DNA of 40,665 bases from the NCBI GenBank assembly GCA_001460835.1, contig CYKH01000567.1, forward strand, positions 1-40,665. Direction: 5' to 3'. Source of the stretch: Bodo saltans (taxonomy: Eukaryota). This document shows positions 35,111-40,665 of the stretch, one piece after another. Under the pieces are notes generated by a model, which worked only from the letters and a program-made list of their open reading frames with translations, was not told the origin of the DNA and made no database searches. How positions within the stretch are numbered: position 1 is the stretch's first letter; every line of letters starts with the position of its first letter. Both the position numbers and the translations under genes were made by a program.

Positions 35111-35164
35111 CTAACATCTAACAGTAGTTCTAGTTAACATCTAACAGGATCAATCTTTAAAAGA

Positions 35165-38100
35165 ATGCGTGACGCGCTTGCCCACTTCTTTGCGGTCACA
35201 GCCGCAGTGGTGAGCATCAGCTCTGATCTTATTCTCTGGTGGATGGCATCAGGTATTTGGAAGAATCGTCAGCTACCAACTTCACATTACACTGAAATTG
35301 GTTTGCGATTCGTTGTAGCATTTACGATGATTGCCTACGCCTCGCACACCCAACAGCAAGCGATGATCATTGCATGCATTTCAGCGGCGCTTGCATCTGC
35401 GCTCTTGTGGCTCTCTCACTGCCGTAGGCTCGTGCAGAGCAAATCCATTGGTGAAACGCAATGTCATGTAATCGCGTTCGCCTTCTCCATTCTCCTTGTG
35501 ATGTGTATTGTCATGTTCTTCATGAAATGCACGATCGTCGGGTGCATTGTGGTGGCCGCAGGTTTTGCTGTGCTGAGCCTCATCAGTGCCGCAATGAGGT
35601 CCATTGGGCCTCAACCACCCTCGCAAAGCCTCGACGGAGATGAAGTCATTCATGGAGGCCGCCTGATTGCTGCAGTGTTATGGCTGCTCTACAGTTGCGT
35701 TGAGGGCGACATCTGCGTTGCCGTCGTGTACACCATCATTTTGATGGCGTCCGCAGTCGCACTTTTTGCACGCATCGCGAATCTCACCCTTCCTCCCAAG
35801 GCTACCACCAGTCCTTCACACATGTGGGGTGCTGAGCCGCTGTATCACATGAGTCGTGAGGATGATGCTTCGCTTTGGGACTTGCAGTCGTTTGCGTGGG
35901 TGGAAAGCTACGCAACAGCTGCAGCAGATGAGACTCTGACACCGACCACTCTACCCCCACCACTACTGGGGTCCCGCACCTGGGATCTTGGAAGGAAGCT
36001 TGAAGCTCAAATGAAACAAGAGCTTGACATGTACCACCTCTGGGATTCGCGCGCTCTTGCAGGAGACGATGTCAGTGCTAAGTGGGACGCCACCAGCCGT
36101 GGCAACATGCGTTGGGTCGGTTGTATTTCTCGCTCCCCCAACCCCACTCAAATGATGGTGGGCATTGAATGGACCATCAAGCCAACAACGCATGCTGGAC
36201 TATTCGCACCTGAGTTCCACAACGGAACGTTTGAAGGAGAATTTCTTTTCGCCGAAGAGAACAAAGGGAGCTCTTACAACTCATCGTGCATTCCCGCTGA
36301 TGAGGTGGTGTTGCTCTGTTCTGCTGCAGATGAGTCAAATGCTCGTCCCCAGTATCCTTCCGTGGTTCGTGCTCTTTTTACTGCGACCTGGTCTCAAATC
36401 TGGGTTCAGGCTCCGTTCCGAGTGACAGCCGATATCTGCATGCTGAGCTCACCTATTGTTCTTGAAGCTTTTGTGAAATTCCTGAATTCGGATGATCCCT
36501 GTGTCACAAACGGCGTCATGCTGTCTGTTCTGATTTTTGTCCTTGGAGTGATTCAAAGCTCGCTTCTGCATCGTTACTACCACCTCAGCATCCGGTGCGG
36601 AATCGCGCAACGCAATGCTGTCCTTGGGGTCCTCTTCGCTAAGTGCTTTAGCATTTCCCCGAAGTACCTCGCTCATCCCGACATGGGGCCTGGCCGAGTG
36701 GTCAACATGGTCAGCAGCGATGCCGAGAGATTCAACGACTTTCAGCAAATGCTTCTTTACTTTTGGAGTTACCCATTTCAGATCGTTTGCGGAATTGCTC
36801 TGCTCTATCGCCTCGTGGGTTGGTGCGCAGTGGGCAGCATCGTTGCGCTCTCCGTTTCTATTCCCCTTCAGAGAAAGGTCGCGCAACTTCAGCACAAGTA
36901 TCGCCTCGAGCTCGTGAAAACCTCTGACTTGCGCGTCAAGCTGACGAACGAACTTTTTGGTGGTATTCGTGTTGTGAAGTTCATGGGGTGGGAGCTCAAT
37001 TTCCTTGAGCGTCTCGAGCAGCGTCGCTCACAAGAACTCGTTTTTTTGAAGAAATCTCACGACTGCAGAATTCTTGCCGCCCTTGTCACCGCTGCCACAC
37101 CAGCCATGCTTGTCGCAGTGGTGTTCATTCTCTACTACTTGAGTGGCAACACACTCACTCCAGAGGTGGTATTTCCCACCATCTCTGTGCTGAATATTCT
37201 CCGCATTCCATTCATGATGATTCCCAATCTGTTCACCGCGCTCATTCAATTCTCTGTCGCAGCAACCAGAGTCACCAAGTTCTTGATGAGTGAAGATCAA
37301 TCCGACCTTGCCATCACGAACATTGACGAATACATAGCCGATGTACCCTCTGCTAAAGGCGCGTCCATCGTCTTCGATAATGCAACCCTTTGCGCGTACC
37401 TCCCAACTAAGCTGCCTGCAGCAGAACGAACGTTACCACGAGAGAAAACTCTTCGAAACGTGCTTCTGCCTTGCGCGCCATCGAAGCCAAAATGTTTTAC
37501 ACCGTCAGGAAGTTACTTTGTGATGGAGCTCAGGGCTTTACTTAAAAACGTCTCAGTGCGCTTCCCGAAAGGGAAACTCACAGTGATACTTGGACCTACA
37601 GGCTCTGGAAAATCGACGTTGCTTGAAGCGGTGCTTGGGCAGCTGTACTTGTCTGAGGGTCAAATTGCAGCGGCCGACTCAATTGGGTTTGTCCCGCAGC
37701 AACCTTGGATCATGAACGCAACTGTGAAAGAGAACATCGAATTCTTTTCTCCTGTGGATGAAAAGCGCCTCACAACTGTCCTTCGGACTTGCCAGCTAGA
37801 CACAGACGTGCAAATGCTCCCTGGTGGACTTGAGACTGAAATTGGTGAGCGGGGTGTCAATTTGAGCGGCGGACAGCGAGCCCGTGTGAGTATGGCACGA
37901 GCAGTGTACGCCAGACGTGATGTGTATCTCCTCGACGATCCCCTTTCAGCACTGGATGCGCACGTTGGTGCCGCTCTTCTGAGCGACTGTATTCTCGGCA
38001 CCCTCGCATACTCCACAAGAATTCTTGCCACTCATCATGCACATGTGCTCCCAAAGGCTGATTACATCATTGAACTGAACCTCGATGGATCGATCAAATT

Positions 38101-40054
38101 CTCTGGCACATACCCTGAGTACTCAGGAGTACACCCCAACGATGACATCAATGCTGCAACTCCAACCGGGCGCTCACATGCAACCCAGATTCCCTTCTCA
38201 CCCAAAGAAGAGCTCCAACAAGTGTGTGCAAAACTCACTTCGAAAGAAGAAAAGGCATCTGGAAGTGTCCCGCTGGCCACATACATCGCGTATTTCAACG
38301 CTTGTGGTGGACTGCTTCGCATGTTGCTAGTTGTCCTCGTATTTTTTGCGACAGAGTTCTTGCTTGTTTCCAACACGATTTGGCTGTCGCTCTGGTCAGT
38401 GCAAACCATGTCGTTGTCTCAGATAACATATCTGCTTGTGTACCTTCTTGTGATCACCATTGGCATTATCTCTGCTCCGCTGCGTTATCGTGTCGCGTAC
38501 GACGCAATGCGCACAGGCTCGTTCCAACTTCATGCTGGTCTCCTTCGCTCGGTCATCCGAGCACCCATGTCGTTCTTCGACACGACACCGTTAGGGAGAA
38601 TTTTGAATCGATTTGTTCAAGATATCGACCAGGCCGACAATGGACTTCAACTCAGCATCGTCAGCATGCTGCAAATGCTGTTTTCAGCACTCTCAACGAC
38701 GTTGATCATGCTCGTCTCTCAACCAGGAGTCATTCTAGTGATCCTTCCGTGCTTCTATGTCTATTACCGTCTCCTCATTTTTTACAACGCAGCCAATCGA
38801 GAGGCGCGTCGAATTGGAAACGTTGTCAATTCGCCTGTGACATCGTTGCTGACAGAAGTCTTGCATGGAGTGAAAACAATCTGTGCTTTTAAGAAAGGAG
38901 ACGTCATCATGCTGGAAGCTACAAAGAGGCTCGACGTGACATATTCTGCAGCGTATCTACAAAACGTTCTTAACCGGTGGCTTGGCCTTCGTATTGAACT
39001 CATTGGAACTGCAATTATTGGAGCAGTTGCTCTTGGAACTGCGCTGAGCAAGGTGTTCAGTTTCGGAACGCCAAACATCGCGGTACTGTCACTTGGGCTC
39101 ACAACGTCGACAACGATCACAACAATGCTGAACTGGATAGTACGTCAAGTGTCTGCAGTGGAATCGGATATGAACAGCATTGAGCGTATTCTCTACTACA
39201 GCGATTCCATCGAGCAAGAAAACCTTGAGTTGGCCCCGTGTCAACAAACGAAGGCTGTTCTGAAAGACACCTCTATGGTTTTCAAAGACGTTGACATGAA
39301 ATATCGCGAAGATCTTCCGTTAGTCCTACAACGACTGTCATTCACCGTCAACTGCAACGAAAAAGTTGGAGTGGTGGGGCGGACTGGCAGTGGCAAATCA
39401 AGTCTTCTGATGACATTCTTACGGATCGTCGAAATTTGCGGAGGATCCATTACCATCGGTGGCGTCGCTGCATCATCAATGTCTCTCGCTCAGCTCCGTG
39501 GTCTGTTTTCAATGATTCCCCAAGATCCGATCCTGTTCGATGGAACGATACGGTCGAACCTGGATCCGTTTGGACAGCACGGTGATGCAGATGTTGTTGA
39601 AGCTCTGGTACTTGTTGGCATGCAAGAGAAAGTGTTCGAAGATCCACTTGGAATTCAACGTGTTGTGCTTGATGGGGGCTCCAACTTCAGCGTTGGACAA
39701 CGCCAACTCCTTTGCATGGCCCGAGCGATTCTCAAGAAAGGATGCGAATTTATCTTAATGGACGAAGCAACAGCAAACATTGACCCAGATATGGATGCTC
39801 GAATCCAATCAGCTGTGAAAACTGCATTTGCTACCAAAACGGTGGTCACCATCGCACATCGAATTCAAACAATGACAGCCTATGACAAGGTCATTGTTAT
39901 GGACCACGGCGAAGCGGTTGAAATTGGCTCTCCGCAAACACTTTTCTTGAACCGCACCTCACGCTTCCGCGCCCTTGTTGAAGCGCAGGAAGGAACCGCT
40001 AAAGAAGAAGTTATTGGTGTGTTAGACCCAACCCACAACCAATCGCAGCAATAA
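35165..40054 (+). CDS. ABC transporter, ABCC/MRP subfamily, full-length (TMD0-L0-TMD1-NBD1-TMD2-NBD2)
   Basis: Two nucleotide-binding domains are present. NBD1 has Walker A GPTGSGKSTLLEAVLG, signature LSGGQRARVSMARAVY and Walker B VYLLDDPLSALD. NBD2 has VGRTGSGKSSLLMTF, a degenerate signature FSVGQRQLLCMARAIL and Walker B FILMDEATANID. Two 6-helix TMDs plus an N-terminal multi-helix TMD0-like region of about 430 aa are typical of long MRPs. A pyrimidine tract at 35086-35107 with AG at 35109 lies upstream. Confidence 0.92.
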   Translation: MRDALAHFFAVTAAVVSISSDLILWWMASGIWKNRQLPTSHYTEIGLRFVVAFTMIAYASHTQQQAMIIACISAALASALLWLSHCRRLVQSKSIGETQCHVIAFAFSILLVMCIVMFFMKCTIVGCIVVAAGFAVLSLISAAMRSIGPQPPSQSLDGDEVIHGGRLIAAVLWLLYSCVEGDICVAVVYTIILMASAVALFARIANLTLPPKATTSPSHMWGAEPLYHMSREDDASLWDLQSFAWVESYATAAADETLTPTTLPPPLLGSRTWDLGRKLEAQMKQELDMYHLWDSRALAGDDVSAKWDATSRGNMRWVGCISRSPNPTQMMVGIEWTIKPTTHAGLFAPEFHNGTFEGEFLFAEENKGSSYNSSCIPADEVVLLCSAADESNARPQYPSVVRALFTATWSQIWVQAPFRVTADICMLSSPIVLEAFVKFLNSDDPCVTNGVMLSVLIFVLGVIQSSLLHRYYHLSIRCGIAQRNAVLGVLFAKCFSISPKYLAHPDMGPGRVVNMVSSDAERFNDFQQMLLYFWSYPFQIVCGIALLYRLVGWCAVGSIVALSVSIPLQRKVAQLQHKYRLELVKTSDLRVKLTNELFGGIRVVKFMGWELNFLERLEQRRSQELVFLKKSHDCRILAALVTAATPAMLVAVVFILYYLSGNTLTPEVVFPTISVLNILRIPFMMIPNLFTALIQFSVAATRVTKFLMSEDQSDLAITNIDEYIADVPSAKGASIVFDNATLCAYLPTKLPAAERTLPREKTLRNVLLPCAPSKPKCFTPSGSYFVMELRALLKNVSVRFPKGKLTVILGPTGSGKSTLLEAVLGQLYLSEGQIAAADSIGFVPQQPWIMNATVKENIEFFSPVDEKRLTTVLRTCQLDTDVQMLPGGLETEIGERGVNLSGGQRARVSMARAVYARRDVYLLDDPLSALDAHVGAALLSDCILGTLAYSTRILATHHAHVLPKADYIIELNLDGSIKFSGTYPEYSGVHPNDDINAATPTGRSHATQIPFSPKEELQQVCAKLTSKEEKASGSVPLATYIAYFNACGGLLRMLLVVLVFFATEFLLVSNTIWLSLWSVQTMSLSQITYLLVYLLVITIGIISAPLRYRVAYDAMRTGSFQLHAGLLRSVIRAPMSFFDTTPLGRILNRFVQDIDQADNGLQLSIVSMLQMLFSALSTTLIMLVSQPGVILVILPCFYVYYRLLIFYNAANREARRIGNVVNSPVTSLLTEVLHGVKTICAFKKGDVIMLEATKRLDVTYSAAYLQNVLNRWLGLRIELIGTAIIGAVALGTALSKVFSFGTPNIAVLSLGLTTSTTITTMLNWIVRQVSAVESDMNSIERILYYSDSIEQENLELAPCQQTKAVLKDTSMVFKDVDMKYREDLPLVLQRLSFTVNCNEKVGVVGRTGSGKSSLLMTFLRIVEICGGSITIGGVAASSMSLAQLRGLFSMIPQDPILFDGTIRSNLDPFGQHGDADVVEALVLVGMQEKVFEDPLGIQRVVLDGGSNFSVGQRQLLCMARAILKKGCEFILMDEATANIDPDMDARIQSAVKTAFATKTVVTIAHRIQTMTAYDKVIVMDHGEAVEIGSPQTLFLNRTSRFRALVEAQEGTAKEEVIGVLDPTHNQSQQ

Positions 40055-40665
40055 ATCACAAGCCACCTTCAAACAAAAAATGATCTTGTGACATCTGAAC
40101 TTGCTGTGCTCACTTATGTTCCAGTCGTCAGTAAGTAAGTACAACGCCAGATGACACGCAGCGGCTCTAACGCCGACTTCACCAACATTTTCGTGATTGT
40201 GAGCAACATGACCACAAACCTATAGAAAAATTCATGTTTTTTGTTTTCTTTTTTGTTTGTTTGAAAATGCGTCGAAAGCATTGTGAGCTGACATTCAAAC
40301 GGAGAAATTCCGCTTTTTTTTCTTTTTGGGGAAATTTCGGAGTGTACGCCCCAGGCTGGTATTCTCACACGTGATCTCGTAGTCATGGCACTTTGTGTGC
40401 CTTGGCTTAAAAAAATGTACCCCCACTTTCTCGTTCCTTCTTGCTTGTGCTGTTCTTCTTTTTAGAACGTGCCCCCCTTTTCCCCCTAATGCACATCCCA
40501 GACAGTCCCATTCCCAATGCGTTAAGCATTGATCTAAGGTAAAGTAAAAGAGTTACCGCAACAAAATAACCCCCCAAAAACGTTGCGGTGAAGACTTTCT
40601 CAAAAAATGGCAACAACTAAAGCAAAAGAAACAAAAAAGATTTCCCCCAAAAAGTAAAGCAAAAA

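Noticed and set aside
40055-40665. A long gene-free 3' flank after the ABC transporter. I checked it for tRNA, snRNA or another gene.
   Set aside because: No GTTCGAATC-type T-loop or cloverleaf-compatible segments were seen. Only short low-complexity ORFs are present. Composition (T/C runs, A runs) is typical of UTR or intergenic sequence. The window ends before the next gene.
1-40665. Prokaryotic-style systems (CRISPR arrays, restriction-modification, toxin-antitoxin, defence islands, IS elements) or an operon with a novel enzyme cluster.
   Set aside because: The sequence is eukaryotic. It carries axonemal DRC4, MVP, a NEK kinase, XRN, DDX18/DDX47 and an MRP-type ABCC, with polypyrimidine/AG processing signals. 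I saw no direct-repeat/spacer arrays, inverted terminal repeats or transposase-like ORFs, and no Shine-Dalgarno-type operon structure applies.

Overview
This window reads as a eukaryotic, intron-poor chromosomal segment, not a prokaryotic locus. All 19 supportable protein-coding genes lie head-to-tail on the + strand. They are separated by short 190-410 bp spacers carrying polypyrimidine tracts followed by AG dinucleotides, plus CA-rich and A-rich stretches. That architecture is the signature of one kinetoplastid (trypanosomatid-like) polycistronic transcription unit, so mRNA ends would be set by trans-splicing and polyadenylation, not by per-gene promoters.

Genes recognised from conserved motifs in the translations:
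- GAS8/DRC4 (trypanin), 5'-truncated by the window edge
- major vault protein
- DDX47/Rrp3-like and DDX18/Has1-like DEAD-box helicases, adjacent to each other
- a uS5-domain protein with an N-terminal presequence, a candidate mitochondrial ribosomal protein
- a NEK-like protein kinase
- a Ras-like GTPase with a polybasic CaaX tail
- a roughly 20-repeat MORN protein
- an XRN-family 5'-3' exoribonuclease
- a protein built of three degenerate cyclic-nucleotide-binding-like domains
- an RNI-type leucine-rich-repeat protein fused to a histone-H1-like AKP-rich tail
- a full-length ABCC/MRP-type ABC transporter with a TMD0 region

The remaining genes are lineage-specific hypotheticals: Ser/Pro/His-rich or Gln-rich disordered proteins, two small signal-peptide proteins and a coiled-coil protein.

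I found no rRNA, tRNA, CRISPR array, transposon or prokaryote-style defence system. Every minus-strand ORF is an antisense shadow of a plus-strand gene. Many ORF-track starts are TTG or over-extended, and I re-anchored them on ATGs that fit conserved N-termini.

The most novel candidates are the cNMP-domain protein as a cAMP effector, the LRR-H1-tail fusion, the vault gene, and a 1586-aa protein with a 640-aa Q/H/P-rich prion-like tail.
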